The notes under the pieces are model-generated. The model ran no database searches, was not told where the DNA came from, and saw nothing but the letters and a program-made list of their open reading frames with translations. Shown here piece by piece: positions 31,103-41,900 of a DNA stretch of 64,000 nt. The DNA comes from Candidatus Omnitrophota bacterium. GTDB lineage: Bacteria; Omnitrophota; Gorgyraeia; B26-G9. Positions within the stretch are counted from its first letter, which is position 1, and the number at the start of each line of letters is the position of its first letter. The stretch is taken from NCBI GenBank assembly GCA_018817585.1, contig JAHITE010000007.1, forward strand, positions 25,251 to 89,250. The letters are read 5' to 3'. The position numbers and the translations under genes are program-made.

Positions 31103-32596
31103 ATGCCTAAAAGGGGAAGTGGATTATTATTACATATTAGTTGTCTAAACTCAAAGTTTGGAATTGGGGATATTGGTCCTAAAGCATTTGAATTTATTAA
31201 TTTTTTAGAAAAAACAAAACAAAGTTATTGGCAAATATTACCGCTTAATCCGACAAATTTAATCAGCGGAAACTCTCCTTATAGCAGTGCCTCTGCTTTT
31301 GCGGCAAACCCCTTATTGATAAGTCCAAAGCTTATGGTAGAGGATGGATTAATTAAAGAAAAAGACTTAGCAGTGTTTGCTGGAATTGTTCAAGATAAAG
31401 TTGACTATTATGCGGTTAGTGATGCTAAATCTGAAATTTTCGCAAAAGCTTTTGAGCAATTTAAGGTAGTCGGGCTTGATGATAATTTCAAAAATTTCTG
31501 TGGAGATAATGCTTTTTGGCTGAATGACTTTGCTGACTTCATGGTTTTTAAAGCTCATTTCGAACAAAAGTGCTGGAGTGAATGGCCAATTGAAATCAGA
31601 GATCGTAATCAGCAGGCCATGCGGGAATTAAGAGAATCCAAGGCAGACAGCATATTAAAAGAAAAGTTTCTCCAGTATTTATTTTATAAACAATGGAATA
31701 ATTTAAAAAAATATGCCAAACAAAAAAATGTGCGAATAATAGGGGACATTCCTATCTATGTGACCTATGACAGCGTGGATGTTTGGACAAATTCAGAAAT
31801 TTTTAAACTTAATCAGGAGAAAAAACTTGAATTTTTAGCAGGAGTACCGCCGGATTATTTTAGTAAAACCGGACAACTATGGGGTAACCCGGTATATGAT
31901 TGGGATAAACTAAAAGAACTAGATTATGCTTGGTGGCTGCAAAGAGTCGAGCATAATCTTAAACTTTTCGATCTGATAAGAATTGATCATTTTCGGGGTT
32001 TTGTTGATTTTTGGGAGGTGCCTGCTGGTCAGGAAACCGCGATTAACGGCCATTGGGTTAATGCTCCGGCAAGGGATTTTTTTAGCAGGTTGGTGAATGA
32101 ATTTCCTGATCTGCCGATTTTAGCTGAAGATCTGGGAATTATTACTGATGCAGTGAGGCAGACAATGAAAGACTTTTCCTTTTCAGGGATGAAGATTCTT
32201 TTATTTGCTTTTTATGAAGAGCTGGTAAAGCATCCTTATTTGCCGCATAATTATATTGAAAACTGCGTAGCATATACAGGGACTCATGATAATAATACTT
32301 TAAGGGGTTGGTTTGAGCAGGAACTGTCACCTGAAGACAAAAAAAGACTTTTTGAATATCTAAAGGCGGAGGTTTCTGTTGAGGACTTAAATTGGGTCCT
32401 GATCAAGCTTTTAATGGATTCCGTAGCGAATCTTGTAATTATCCCGGTTCAGGATATCCTGAATCTAGGACAAGAGCATAGAATGAATATTCCTGGTATT
32501 GCTCATGGTAATTGGCAATGGAGGATAAATTGTGAATATATTGGGGAAAACATTAGTGAAAATCTTTTGTCCTTAACTTTAAACTCAAACAGATAA
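31103..32596 (+). CDS. malQ: 4-alpha-glucanotransferase (GH77)
   Basis: WQILPLNP, GVPPDYFS.TGQLWGNP, RIDHFRG, AEDLG, YTGTHDN. Confidence 0.97.
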   Translation: MPKRGSGLLLHISCLNSKFGIGDIGPKAFEFINFLEKTKQSYWQILPLNPTNLISGNSPYSSASAFAANPLLISPKLMVEDGLIKEKDLAVFAGIVQDKVDYYAVSDAKSEIFAKAFEQFKVVGLDDNFKNFCGDNAFWLNDFADFMVFKAHFEQKCWSEWPIEIRDRNQQAMRELRESKADSILKEKFLQYLFYKQWNNLKKYAKQKNVRIIGDIPIYVTYDSVDVWTNSEIFKLNQEKKLEFLAGVPPDYFSKTGQLWGNPVYDWDKLKELDYAWWLQRVEHNLKLFDLIRIDHFRGFVDFWEVPAGQETAINGHWVNAPARDFFSRLVNEFPDLPILAEDLGIITDAVRQTMKDFSFSGMKILLFAFYEELVKHPYLPHNYIENCVAYTGTHDNNTLRGWFEQELSPEDKKRLFEYLKAEVSVEDLNWVLIKLLMDSVANLVIIPVQDILNLGQEHRMNIPGIAHGNWQWRINCEYIGENISENLLSLTLNSNR

Positions 32597-32642
32597 ATAA
32601 GTTGCACTAATCACACCTTTTAAAACAATTATGATTTTTATT

Positions 32643-32671
32643 TTGCAATAATCAGTTTGATGTGGTATAAT
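32643..32671 (+). promoter_or_regulatory. sigma70 promoter
   Basis: TTGCAA-N17-TATAAT with TG extension. Confidence 0.65.
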
Positions 32672-32721
32672 TAATAAGATTTAAAAAGATATAAATAAGT
32701 TTTAAGACATTAAAGGAGAGT

Positions 32722-32901
32722 ATGCGAGACACAAGAAAACTTTTTAATGCTGATTTTTCTAAATCGACTTTTGTGTATTGTTTTCATAAAGATACATTCT
32801 TTAAAGTTGCCTACATGGTTTTAATTTGTTATTTGTTTTTTATTTCTATTATTATGCTTGTTGATGCTTTAAGAGAAAAGCAGATTTTTTCTTCCTTCTA
32901 A
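32722..32901 (+). CDS. Unannotated 59-aa single-TM protein
   Basis: AAGGAG RBS; MRDTRKLFNADFSKSTFVYCFHKDTFFKVAYMVLICYLFFISIIMLVDALREKQIFSSF. Confidence 0.65.
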   Translation: MRDTRKLFNADFSKSTFVYCFHKDTFFKVAYMVLICYLFFISIIMLVDALREKQIFSSF

Positions 32902-33039
32902 CCTCCTGTTTTATATTCAGATTAAAGCCGATTTTTTAAAATCCGATTTCTAATGTTTGAGCAAAGATAGGCTGATCATATAAATATATTAGTCAAAGTT
33001 TTGCTGGACATAGGCAGGCAGTGTAATATAATACCCTGT

Positions 33040-34293
33040 ATGGAAAAAATTATTACTGTTACAGTAAATATCACTGAAAATCGGCATATTGTCGATGATT
33101 GGTCTTTAGCGCAATCATCGCAGGAGCTGGCGCTTTTAATCGGCACAGTAAAAGGCCAGATTGTTGGGCAAATGCTTGTTAACCGTAAAAGTCCAACACC
33201 CTATTCCTATTTAGGTAAAGGCAAGATTGAGGAATTATCTGAATTAGTAAAAGAATCTAAGGCGCAAACTGTTATTTTTAATAATGACTTAACTCCTACT
33301 CAGCAGCGAAATCTTGAACAAATAATCGGGATTAAAATAATTGATCGCACTCAATTAATTCTGGATATATTCGCGCAGCATGCAAGAAGCAGCGAGGGAA
33401 AAGTCCAGGTAGAGCTTGCTCAGCTGCAATATCTTTTACCGCGTTTATCAGGTAAGGGTGTTGTTTTATCCAGGTTGGGCGGTGGTATCGGTACTCGCGG
33501 TCCAGGCGAACAAAAGCTTGAAATTGATAGACGTCGGATTCGGACGCGAATTGATCGCCTGAAAAAAGAGATCCAAATTTTAAGCAAAAGACGTTTGCAG
33601 TTAAGAAAAAGACGCTTGGATAATTCTTTGTCCACAGTTGCTTTGGTTGGATACACAAATGCCGGCAAATCAACATTACTAAATGCTTTGGCTGGCGCAA
33701 GTGTGAAAATTAAAAATGAAATGTTTAGTACACTAGATCCTGTTACCAAACAAGTGGCTTTGCCGGGATGTAAATTAAAAATTCTGCTATCTGATACCGT
33801 TGGATTTTTGCATAAACTGCCGCATGATTTAATCGAAGCTTTTCAGGCAACGCTTGAAGCAGTAAAAGACGCGCAGTTAATAGTTGTAGTTTTGGATGTT
33901 TCTGATGATCTTGTTTACCAGCATAATGATGCTATTTGGGAAGTTCTAGGCCAGCTAAAGGTGCAAGATACTCCCATTGTCTATGCTTTTAACAAAATAG
34001 ACATTATTGATAATCCCAGCTTAATTGAGCGTTTAAAAAGAAGATTTAATCCCTGCGTAGCTGTGTCTGCTAAAAACAATCTAAATATGGGTAAGCTTTT
34101 AAAAGTTATTGAGGATTTATTATTCAGCGAGTCTACGATTAGTGAATTTTATATCAAACATAATCAAATGAATATATTGAATACTATTTATGAGCAAGGC
34201 AAGGTGCTTAATTTTGAGCATCTGCCTGATGGTATTTCGCTAAAAGTAAGGCTGCCTGTGCAAATAGCAAAAAAGCTCTTGACAGAAATTTAA
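33040..34293 (+). CDS. hflX: GTPase HflX
   Basis: [40 protein letters not shown]; ATG 33040 preferred. Confidence 0.96.
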   Translation: MEKIITVTVNITENRHIVDDWSLAQSSQELALLIGTVKGQIVGQMLVNRKSPTPYSYLGKGKIEELSELVKESKAQTVIFNNDLTPTQQRNLEQIIGIKIIDRTQLILDIFAQHARSSEGKVQVELAQLQYLLPRLSGKGVVLSRLGGGIGTRGPGEQKLEIDRRRIRTRIDRLKKEIQILSKRRLQLRKRRLDNSLSTVALVGYTNAGKSTLLNALAGASVKIKNEMFSTLDPVTKQVALPGCKLKILLSDTVGFLHKLPHDLIEAFQATLEAVKDAQLIVVVLDVSDDLVYQHNDAIWEVLGQLKVQDTPIVYAFNKIDIIDNPSLIERLKRRFNPCVAVSAKNNLNMGKLLKVIEDLLFSESTISEFYIKHNQMNILNTIYEQGKVLNFEHLPDGISLKVRLPVQIAKKLLTEI

Positions 34294-34336
34294 GCCTCAT
34301 GTTAATATATTAGCACTCTTACGTAGAGAGTGCTAA
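34279..34336 (+). promoter_or_regulatory. Promoter plus perfect CIRCE element (HrcA operator)
   Basis: TTGACA at 34279, -10 TAATAT; TTAGCACTC-N9-GAGTGCTAA at 34310-34336. Confidence 0.95.
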
Positions 34337-34348
34337 AGCGGAGAAGAC

Positions 34349-35401
34349 TTGAAAGTAGATGTAGATCTAAGAAGAGAAACAATTTTAAGAATTGTAATTA
34401 ATAATTATATTTCAACAGGTAGTCCTGTTAGTTCAAGAACTATTTGTAATAAATATAAAATAGCTTTGTGTCCGGCTTCAGTGAGAAATGTATTAGCTGA
34501 TTTAGAAGAACAGGGAATGATAACTCATTTACATACATCAGCGGGCAGAATTCCTACTGATAAAGGCTATCGTTATTATGTTGACCGGCTGATTAAGTAT
34601 TCCGGGCTTACGCCCCAGGAGCAGGGATTTATTAATAATGAGTATTTAAGTAATCATATTGCTTTAGAAGAAGTAATGAGCAAGACATCTAAGTTGTTAT
34701 CGAGCATGACAAGCTATGCGGCAGTGGTGTCGCAGCCGGAAATCAATAGAACGGCTTTTAAACATATACAATTTACTTTGCTGGATTCTAAAAAAGTTTG
34801 CGTTACTTTAATTGCCAATACAGGCATGACTAAAAGCGCGGTAGTGCAGTTTGATTCACAAATTGACAAACAGCAGCTAGTAAGAATTCAGAATTTTATG
34901 AATGAGCAGCTGGAAGATGTGCCATTATCTCACGTAAAAATGAAATTGCGGAAGATGATGATCCAGCAAAGAGATTCTTTTTTTCAGGTTTTACAGCAAG
35001 CGATTGATCTGGTTAATTTAAGTTCGCTTATTGATGACAGTATGCGTTTTTATCTTGAAGGAATAAGTAATATTCTTGATTTTCCTGATTTTGAAGACGC
35101 TGGGATGATTCGTTCTTTAATTAAAGTTTTGGATCAAAAAATCAGGCTTGTTGACATGCTCAATGATATTATAAGCGAGACTGATAATACAAAAAAAATA
35201 AGGGTTTTTATTGGACAGGAAAATCCTTATGATATGGGAAATAATTGTACAATAATTATGAGCAGCTACGCGCTTGATGATAAAACAGTTGGCGGCTTGG
35301 GGATTATCGGTCCAAAACGTATGGATTATGGAAAGGCAATTGCTCTTGTCCGATATGTTTCTGAAGTGCTTAGTGATGCTTTAAACCGATACAGTTTTTA
35401 A
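34349..35401 (+). CDS. hrcA: Heat-inducible transcription repressor
   Basis: PVSS, ASVRN..ADLE, HTSAGRIPTDKGYRYYVD, IIGPKRMDY; CIRCE upstream. Confidence 0.97.
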   Translation: MKVDVDLRRETILRIVINNYISTGSPVSSRTICNKYKIALCPASVRNVLADLEEQGMITHLHTSAGRIPTDKGYRYYVDRLIKYSGLTPQEQGFINNEYLSNHIALEEVMSKTSKLLSSMTSYAAVVSQPEINRTAFKHIQFTLLDSKKVCVTLIANTGMTKSAVVQFDSQIDKQQLVRIQNFMNEQLEDVPLSHVKMKLRKMMIQQRDSFFQVLQQAIDLVNLSSLIDDSMRFYLEGISNILDFPDFEDAGMIRSLIKVLDQKIRLVDMLNDIISETDNTKKIRVFIGQENPYDMGNNCTIIMSSYALDDKTVGGLGIIGPKRMDYGKAIALVRYVSEVLSDALNRYSF

Positions 35402-35413
35402 GGGAAATTTATT

Positions 35414-35998
35414 ATGAATAAAAAGAAAGAGAATGAAATTAATAAAGAATCTGATCAGAAAGAAGATGCGGTCAATGATCAGGAAAAAAATAATGATGAA
35501 AATGCTGAAGAACAAATAATATCAATTCCTAAAGCTGAATATGATCAATTATTGCTTAGCCGTGACAATGCGGCTAAAGCTTTGGAAAAAATGCTGCGGA
35601 TTCAGGCTGATTTTGAAAATTCAAGAAAACGGCTTGAACGGGATAAAATTGATTTTATCAAGTATGCAAATGATCAAATAATTAGTCAATTAATTCCGTT
35701 TGTTGATGATTTTAAACGTGCGTTTGCATCTGCGGATCAAACAAAAGACTTTGATGTTTTGCATAAAGGTGTCGAGATGATATTAAAGCATTTGCTTGAT
35801 TTATTAAAAGAAAAGGGAGTTGTGGAAATAGAAGCAGTGGGGAAGTTGTTTGATCCGGCTTTTCATGAAGCAATGTTACAGGTTGAAACAGATGAATATC
35901 CCGAAAATACTGTAGTCGAGGAGTTTCAGAAAGGATATCTTTTGAACGACCGGGTTTTAAGAGCGGCAAAAGTTAAAGTTGCTAAAGCAAAAGAATAA
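35414..35998 (+). CDS. grpE: Nucleotide exchange factor GrpE
   Basis: ADFENSRKR, FDPAFHEA, QKGY.LNDRVLRAAKV. Confidence 0.97.
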   Translation: MNKKKENEINKESDQKEDAVNDQEKNNDENAEEQIISIPKAEYDQLLLSRDNAAKALEKMLRIQADFENSRKRLERDKIDFIKYANDQIISQLIPFVDDFKRAFASADQTKDFDVLHKGVEMILKHLLDLLKEKGVVEIEAVGKLFDPAFHEAMLQVETDEYPENTVVEEFQKGYLLNDRVLRAAKVKVAKAKE

Positions 35999-36047
35999 TA
36001 ACAAGAACATAATCACACTTAAACTATAAAATAGGGAGGTAGGAAAA

Positions 36048-37934
36048 ATGGCAAAAGTAATTGGAATTGATTTAGGTACATCTAATTCAGCGGCATCGAT
36101 ATTAGAAGGCGGAAGACCAGTGATAATTCCTTCAGCAGAAGGAACAACAGTTGGCGGCGGGAAGGCTTTTCCATCTATTGTTGCTTTTACAAAAGATGGA
36201 CAAAGATTGGTTGGCGAGCCAGCACGTCGTCAGGCTTCGATAAATGCACAAGGAACCATTCAGGCAGCTAAAAGAAAAATGGGACTTGATTACCATTTTG
36301 AAGCTCATGGAAATAAGTATACTCCGCAGCAGATATCAGCTTTCATCTTGCAGAAAATAAAAGAAGACGCGGAAGCTTATTTGGGCGACAAAGTGGAAGA
36401 AGTGGTTATTACTTGCCCGGCATACTTTGATGATAATCAAAGGCAGGCAACCAAAGATGCAGGTCAGATCGCTGGCTTAAAAGTGTTACGAATTATAAAT
36501 GAGCCAACAGCAGCTTGTCTGGCTTATGGATTGGACAAATCAGGCAAAGAACGAAAAATTCTGGTTTTTGATCTGGGCGGCGGTACTCTTGACGTAACAA
36601 TCATGGAAATGGCCGATGGGGTATTTGAAGTAAAATCCACACATGGTGATACCCATCTTGGCGGTACTGATATGGATAATGTGTTAATTGACTACATTGC
36701 TGATCAGTTTAAAAAAGAAAGCGGTATTGATCTGCGTGGCGATAAAATGGCTGTGCAAAGATTAAGAGAAGCCGCGGAAAAAGCAAAAATTGAACTTTCC
36801 GGAGCTTTGGCTACAGATATTAATCTGCCGTTTATTACTGCAGATGCAACTGGACCAAAACATCTTACTTTAAATATCAGCCGAGCTAAATTGGAAGATC
36901 TGATCAATCCGATAGTTGAGCGCTGTCGTGGTCCGATTGAAAAAGCAATTGCTGATTCTAAAATTCTGGTCAACAAGATTGATAAAATAATTATGGTTGG
37001 CGGTCCGACTCGGATGCCGATTGTCCAGAAATTTGTCGAAAGCGTTATTGGCACAAAAATTGAAGGTGGAGTTGACCCAATGGAATGCGTTGCCATGGGC
37101 GCGGCTATTCAGGCTGGAATTATCAAAGGTGATGTAAAAGATATCTTGTTGCTTGACGTTACTCCTTTATCACTGGGAATCGAAACTCTGGGCAGTATTT
37201 GCACAAAATTAATTGAGCGCAATACAACAATTCCTACGAAAAAGAGCCAGATATTCTCAACCGCGGCTGACAATCAAACAGAAGTAACAATCAGAGTATT
37301 GCAGGGTGAACGCCAGATGGCAAACGATAATGTGGAGCTTGGCCGATTTAATCTGGTTGGCATTCCTCCGGCGGCACGCGGTATTCCGCAAATAGAAGTT
37401 GCCTTTGATATTGACGCGAATGGTTTAGTGCATGTCGCGGCTAAGGACCTTGGTACAGGTAAAGAACAGTCAATAAAAATTACTGCTCCGAAAAAACTCT
37501 CAGAAGAAGAAATTGCCAAAATGGTAAAAGACGCGGAGGTTTTTGCTGAAGCAGATAAAAAGAAAAAGGAAGAAGTAGAAACTCGTAACCAGGCAGAAAA
37601 TCTGGTTTATAGCACTGAAAAATCGCTAAAAGATTTTGGCGATAAAGTAAAAAAAGAAGATAAAGAAAATATTGAGAAAAAATTAGCTGAGCTTAAAGAA
37701 GTATCAAAAGGAACAGACATAGAGAAAATAAAAACAGCTATAGAAGAAGTTTCAAAAGCAGCACATTCCTTGGCCGAAGAAATATATAAAGCTCAGGCCG
37801 CTCAGCAACAGGCGCAAGCCGGGGCTCAGGCAGCTGGCGGACAGGCACAACAGGAAGAAGATAGCCAGTCAGATCAGAAAGCCAAAGAAGATGTGGTTGA
37901 TGCTGAGTATAAAGTAGAAGACGAGAAGAAATAA
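36048..37934 (+). CDS. dnaK: Chaperone DnaK
   Basis: [37 protein letters not shown]. Confidence 0.99.
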   Translation: MAKVIGIDLGTSNSAASILEGGRPVIIPSAEGTTVGGGKAFPSIVAFTKDGQRLVGEPARRQASINAQGTIQAAKRKMGLDYHFEAHGNKYTPQQISAFILQKIKEDAEAYLGDKVEEVVITCPAYFDDNQRQATKDAGQIAGLKVLRIINEPTAACLAYGLDKSGKERKILVFDLGGGTLDVTIMEMADGVFEVKSTHGDTHLGGTDMDNVLIDYIADQFKKESGIDLRGDKMAVQRLREAAEKAKIELSGALATDINLPFITADATGPKHLTLNISRAKLEDLINPIVERCRGPIEKAIADSKILVNKIDKIIMVGGPTRMPIVQKFVESVIGTKIEGGVDPMECVAMGAAIQAGIIKGDVKDILLLDVTPLSLGIETLGSICTKLIERNTTIPTKKSQIFSTAADNQTEVTIRVLQGERQMANDNVELGRFNLVGIPPAARGIPQIEVAFDIDANGLVHVAAKDLGTGKEQSIKITAPKKLSEEEIAKMVKDAEVFAEADKKKKEEVETRNQAENLVYSTEKSLKDFGDKVKKEDKENIEKKLAELKEVSKGTDIEKIKTAIEEVSKAAHSLAEEIYKAQAAQQQAQAGAQAAGGQAQQEEDSQSDQKAKEDVVDAEYKVEDEKK

Positions 37935-37948
37935 ACTAACTAACCAAG

Positions 37949-38006
37949 AGACAGTAGCTAATACAGCAAACATGTTATATATCGCTTATTAGCTACTGTC
38001 TGTTTT
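37949..38006 (+). terminator. Stem-loop between dnaK and dnaJ (partial terminator/stabiliser)
   Basis: 15-bp perfect inverted repeat agacagtagctaata/tattagctactgtct then gtttt. Confidence 0.7.
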
Positions 38007-38035
38007 ATGCTTATTAATATTGTTAGGATAAAAAA

Positions 38036-39175
38036 ATGACTAATCGCGATTATTATGAAATATTAGGTGTTAGCAAGGGCTCTGAAGTTGAGGAAATTAA
38101 AAAAAGTTATCGAAAACTGGCAATGAAATATCATCCAGACAGGGCTGAGCCTGAAAAGCGTAAAGAGTCTGAAGAAAAATTTAAAGAAATATCAGAAGCT
38201 TATGCAGTACTGTCTGATGATAATAAGCGTGCTCAATATGATCGTTTTGGTCATGCCGGAATAAATAATCAATATAGCTCAGAAGATATATTTAAAGGCG
38301 CTGATTTTGGTTCTATTTTTGAGGAAATGGGTTTTGGCGGCGGGATTTTTGATGAACTGTTTTCTGGCGGCAGAGGCGGCAGCCGGCGTTCACAAAGAGG
38401 TCCAAGACGCGGTGCTGATCTGGAATATCAGTTAGAGATTAGTTTTGAAGAAGCGGCCTTAGGAATAGAAAAAACAATATCAATCCGCCGCGGAGAATCC
38501 TGCAGCGACTGTAATGGCGAAGGGGCTGCTCCTGGCACAAAGAAAATTACCTGCCCTGCTTGTAAAGGCAGCGGACAAATCGGACAATCAGCGGGATTTT
38601 TCACAATTGCCAGAACATGTGATAGTTGTCATGGCCAAGGCCAGATTATAACCACTCCTTGTAAAAAATGTCAAGGCCGGGGAAAAGTTTCGATAGACCG
38701 GAAAATAAATGTTAAAATTCCTGCTGGCGTGGACAATGGTTCACATTTACGCGTACGCTCCGAAGGTGAAGCCGGAGATAAAAATGGGCCGAACGGAGAT
38801 TTATATATTTTAATCCGGCTTAAAAAACATGAAACATTCGAGCGGAATAATGCCGATATATACTGTACTGTTCCGATTAGCTTTGTCGGGGCTGTGTTGG
38901 GAACTGAAATTGAAGTACCCACGCTCTATGAGTCTAAAATTAAAATGAAGATTCCCGCGGGAACTCCCAGCGAAAAGATATTTCGAGTTTCCGGCAAGGG
39001 ATTTTCGGATCTTCGCGGTCACGGTAAAGGGGATCAGTTTGTAAAAGTCAGAGTTCAGGTTCCGACAAACCTTAACCCAAGCCAGAAAAAATCTTTACTT
39101 GAATATGCTAAGCTTACAGGTGAGGATATATCCAACGAATCTATAGCTCAGAAAATTAAAAAAGCATTTAAGTAA
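38036..39175 (+). CDS. dnaJ: Chaperone DnaJ
   Basis: HPD J-domain, G/F region, four CxxCxGxG repeats. Confidence 0.98.
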   Translation: MTNRDYYEILGVSKGSEVEEIKKSYRKLAMKYHPDRAEPEKRKESEEKFKEISEAYAVLSDDNKRAQYDRFGHAGINNQYSSEDIFKGADFGSIFEEMGFGGGIFDELFSGGRGGSRRSQRGPRRGADLEYQLEISFEEAALGIEKTISIRRGESCSDCNGEGAAPGTKKITCPACKGSGQIGQSAGFFTIARTCDSCHGQGQIITTPCKKCQGRGKVSIDRKINVKIPAGVDNGSHLRVRSEGEAGDKNGPNGDLYILIRLKKHETFERNNADIYCTVPISFVGAVLGTEIEVPTLYESKIKMKIPAGTPSEKIFRVSGKGFSDLRGHGKGDQFVKVRVQVPTNLNPSQKKSLLEYAKLTGEDISNESIAQKIKKAFK

Positions 39176-39206
39176 AAACGAGATTGATTTAGAAAGGATG
39201 ATTTAA

Positions 39207-39545
39207 TTGCCTACATATGATTATGAATGTTTATCTTGCGGGTATCTGTTTGAGCTGTTTCAGCAAATGAGCGAGAACCCGATTAAGAAATGTCCTGAAT
39301 GCGGAAAAAATACAGCGAAAAGACATATTGGCGCGGGCATGGGGATTATCTTTAAAGGCTCAGGGTTTTATGAAACTGATTATAAGCGCACAGATACAGC
39401 CGGATCAGGAGGAAGATCTCCTCAAAATAATATAGGAAAAGATTCTACAAAAAAAGAAACCGCTGAAAAAAGCGAAACAGCTAAACCAGTTGCTGAGAGT
39501 AAAGTAGAAAATAAGTCTCAGAGCAAAGAGAAAGATAAAAAATAA
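39207..39545 (+). CDS. FmdB-family zinc ribbon protein
   Basis: MPTYDYEC..CG, CPECG, FKGSGFYETDY. Confidence 0.9.
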   Translation: MPTYDYECLSCGYLFELFQQMSENPIKKCPECGKNTAKRHIGAGMGIIFKGSGFYETDYKRTDTAGSGGRSPQNNIGKDSTKKETAEKSETAKPVAESKVENKSQSKEKDKK

Positions 39546-39546
39546 T

Positions 39547-39909
39547 ATGGGCAGGCATTTTCGTTTATACTGGCTGCCTGTAATAAGTTGGGCAATTTTG
39601 ATCTTTATCCTGTCATCGATTTCCCGATTCCCCAAGCAGCTTGAACCTGTATTTTCAGTGGATAAGCTGGCGCACACTATAGAATATGCTATTTTTGGTT
39701 TTTTGTGGGCAAGAGCATTTAGTAATTCTCAAACTGAAAACTTTAAAAAATTCTTTCGCATTTTAGCAATAATTTGTGTTATTGTATATGGAATAACTGA
39801 TGAGTGGCATCAGAGTTTTGTGCTCTATCGTACGGCCAGTGTCATGGATTTATTATATGATAGTTTGGGCGGGATAATCGGTCAAATGTTTTACAGGAAA
39901 ATAAGCTAA
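39547..39909 (+). CDS. VanZ family membrane protein
   Basis: DKLAH..EY, DEWHQSFV..R. Confidence 0.88.
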   Translation: MGRHFRLYWLPVISWAILIFILSSISRFPKQLEPVFSVDKLAHTIEYAIFGFLWARAFSNSQTENFKKFFRILAIICVIVYGITDEWHQSFVLYRTASVMDLLYDSLGGIIGQMFYRKIS

Positions 39910-39927
39910 TAAACCTAGGAGCTAAAG

Positions 39928-41181
39928 ATGGCAGATATTTTACCTTTTAATGGATTGCGCTATAATAAGAAAAAAGTTAAAGATATAAACAAAACTTTTG
40001 CTCCGCCTTATGATGTTATTTCCGAGCAGGAACAAAAAGATTTGTATAAACAACATGAATTTAACGTAATAAGATTGATCTTAGGCAAGATAACAGCCGC
40101 GGATAATCAAAAAAATAATCGTTATACAAGAGCAGGAAAATTGTTTTCCAAATGGATAAAAGACCAAGTTTTAATTCAGGATGAAAAGCCGTCAATTTAT
40201 TTATATACTCAGGACTATCAATTTGAGGGAATTGTTAAAAAAAGAATCGGGTTTATTGCCAAAATGCATTTTGAAGGAAAAGGTTGTTTGCCGCATGAAC
40301 ATACACTGGCTAAGCCTAAGGTAGATAGAGTGAATTTAATCCGGGCGGTTAGAGCGAATCTTAGTCCGATATTTTCTTTTTATATTGATAATAAAAACGA
40401 AATCGATAAAGTCTTATTGCCGTTTGCTGAGAAAAAGCCAGAAATAAGCTATAAAGATAGTGAAAAAATAACGCATCGTTTCTGGAAAATAGATGATCAA
40501 GCAGCGATAGAAAAAGTTAAAAAGCTGATGAGCAAAAAAGAGACTTTTATCGCGGATGGGCATCATCGCTATGAAGTAGCAAAATCTTTTCATGAAGAAT
40601 CTCTTAAAAACGGGCAGATGGGCGCTGATGGGGTAATGGTATATTTCACCGGGTTTAATGAACAGAACCTGAGCGTTATGCCGACACATAGAATGGTTAA
40701 AGATATTCCGGATCTTGAGAAAAAAATAGATTTGTTAAACAATTATTTTAAAATCACGAAAGTTGATGATTTAAACGCTATGCTTAAAATGCAGAAAGAC
40801 GCATCGGGATTTTCTTTGGGCATGTGTTATGCCGATGATTTTTATGTTTTAAAAATGAAAGATAAAAAATTACTTAATAAAATAATGGAAGAATCTCCTG
40901 AACAATGGCGAAAACTCGATGTTGCCATGTTAAATAAAGTGGTTTTTGAACATATTTTCAAACTTAATGAAACCGAGAAAGAAGAGAAAGTAACATATAC
41001 CAGAGATCTTTTATTTGCTGTAAAATGCGTGAAAAATAAAAAAGTGGGAGTTGTGTTTTTCCCCAATACAACCAAGGCGGATCAGGTTAAAAAAATCGCG
41101 TTATCTGGAAATCGCATGCCGCAAAAATCAACTTATTTTTATCCAAAACCAATAACCGGACTTGTTATCAATAAGTTTTAA
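39928..41181 (+). CDS. DUF1015 family protein
   Basis: APPYDVI, PHEHT, IADGHHRYE, MPQKSTYFYPK. Confidence 0.9.
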   Translation: MADILPFNGLRYNKKKVKDINKTFAPPYDVISEQEQKDLYKQHEFNVIRLILGKITAADNQKNNRYTRAGKLFSKWIKDQVLIQDEKPSIYLYTQDYQFEGIVKKRIGFIAKMHFEGKGCLPHEHTLAKPKVDRVNLIRAVRANLSPIFSFYIDNKNEIDKVLLPFAEKKPEISYKDSEKITHRFWKIDDQAAIEKVKKLMSKKETFIADGHHRYEVAKSFHEESLKNGQMGADGVMVYFTGFNEQNLSVMPTHRMVKDIPDLEKKIDLLNNYFKITKVDDLNAMLKMQKDASGFSLGMCYADDFYVLKMKDKKLLNKIMEESPEQWRKLDVAMLNKVVFEHIFKLNETEKEEKVTYTRDLLFAVKCVKNKKVGVVFFPNTTKADQVKKIALSGNRMPQKSTYFYPKPITGLVINKF

Positions 41182-41222
41182 TATATAATAATTAACAGCT
41201 CAAAGTGATAAATATACAGCCA

Positions 41223-41260
41223 AAGCCAAGATTAAATAAGCATCTTGGCTTAGGTTATTT
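41223..41260 (+). terminator. Probable intrinsic terminator
   Basis: aagccaagat/atcttggctt followed by T-rich sequence. Confidence 0.55.
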
Positions 41261-41297
41261 TTATTCATTTTATTAATCTGTTTTATTGAGGGGTCAG

Positions 41298-41897
41298 ATG
41301 ATGAGGAAAAATAAAAAATCCAAAGAAAATGAAAATATTTATGATTTTTTTGCTGAATCCGGACTGCTTAAAAGAGTAAAGCGAAGCGGCTGGTGGGTGG
41401 TTGGAATAAAAGATCCGGAAAGCGTTGCTGATCATTGCTATCGCTGCGCTGTAATCGGCTACGTGCTGGCTAAAATGGAACAAGCTGACGCGCATAGCGT
41501 TACAATGATGTGCTTGTTCAATGATTTACACGAAGCAAGAATAAATGACGCGCATAAAGTAGCTTCAACTTATTTGAATTATCGGGAAGCGGAAAATAAA
41601 GCTTTTTTTTATCAAATTGAAAATTTGCCAAAATCAATCAGCAGTGAAATGGCTGATTGGCGCAAACAATACATTAAACAGGAAAATTTGGAGAGTATTA
41701 TTGCTCGGGACGCGGATATCTTTGAATGCTTGATGCAGGCAAAAGAATATTCAGATCAAGGTAATACCCAAGCAAAACTGTTTTTCAAAAAAGCCCCGAG
41801 TTTTTTAAAAACAAAAAGCGCGAAAAAACTTTGGAAAGATTTAAGAAAATGGGACAGCAGTCATTGGTGGCAGAAGATTACAGAATTTGAAAGATAA
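41298..41897 (+). CDS. HD-domain hydrolase (YfbR/HDDC2-like)
   Basis: LKRVKRSGW, ESVADH, NDLHEAR, ARDAD; note ND in place of canonical HD. Confidence 0.8.
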   Translation: MMRKNKKSKENENIYDFFAESGLLKRVKRSGWWVVGIKDPESVADHCYRCAVIGYVLAKMEQADAHSVTMMCLFNDLHEARINDAHKVASTYLNYREAENKAFFYQIENLPKSISSEMADWRKQYIKQENLESIIARDADIFECLMQAKEYSDQGNTQAKLFFKKAPSFLKTKSAKKLWKDLRKWDSSHWWQKITEFER

Positions 41898-41900
41898 CTT

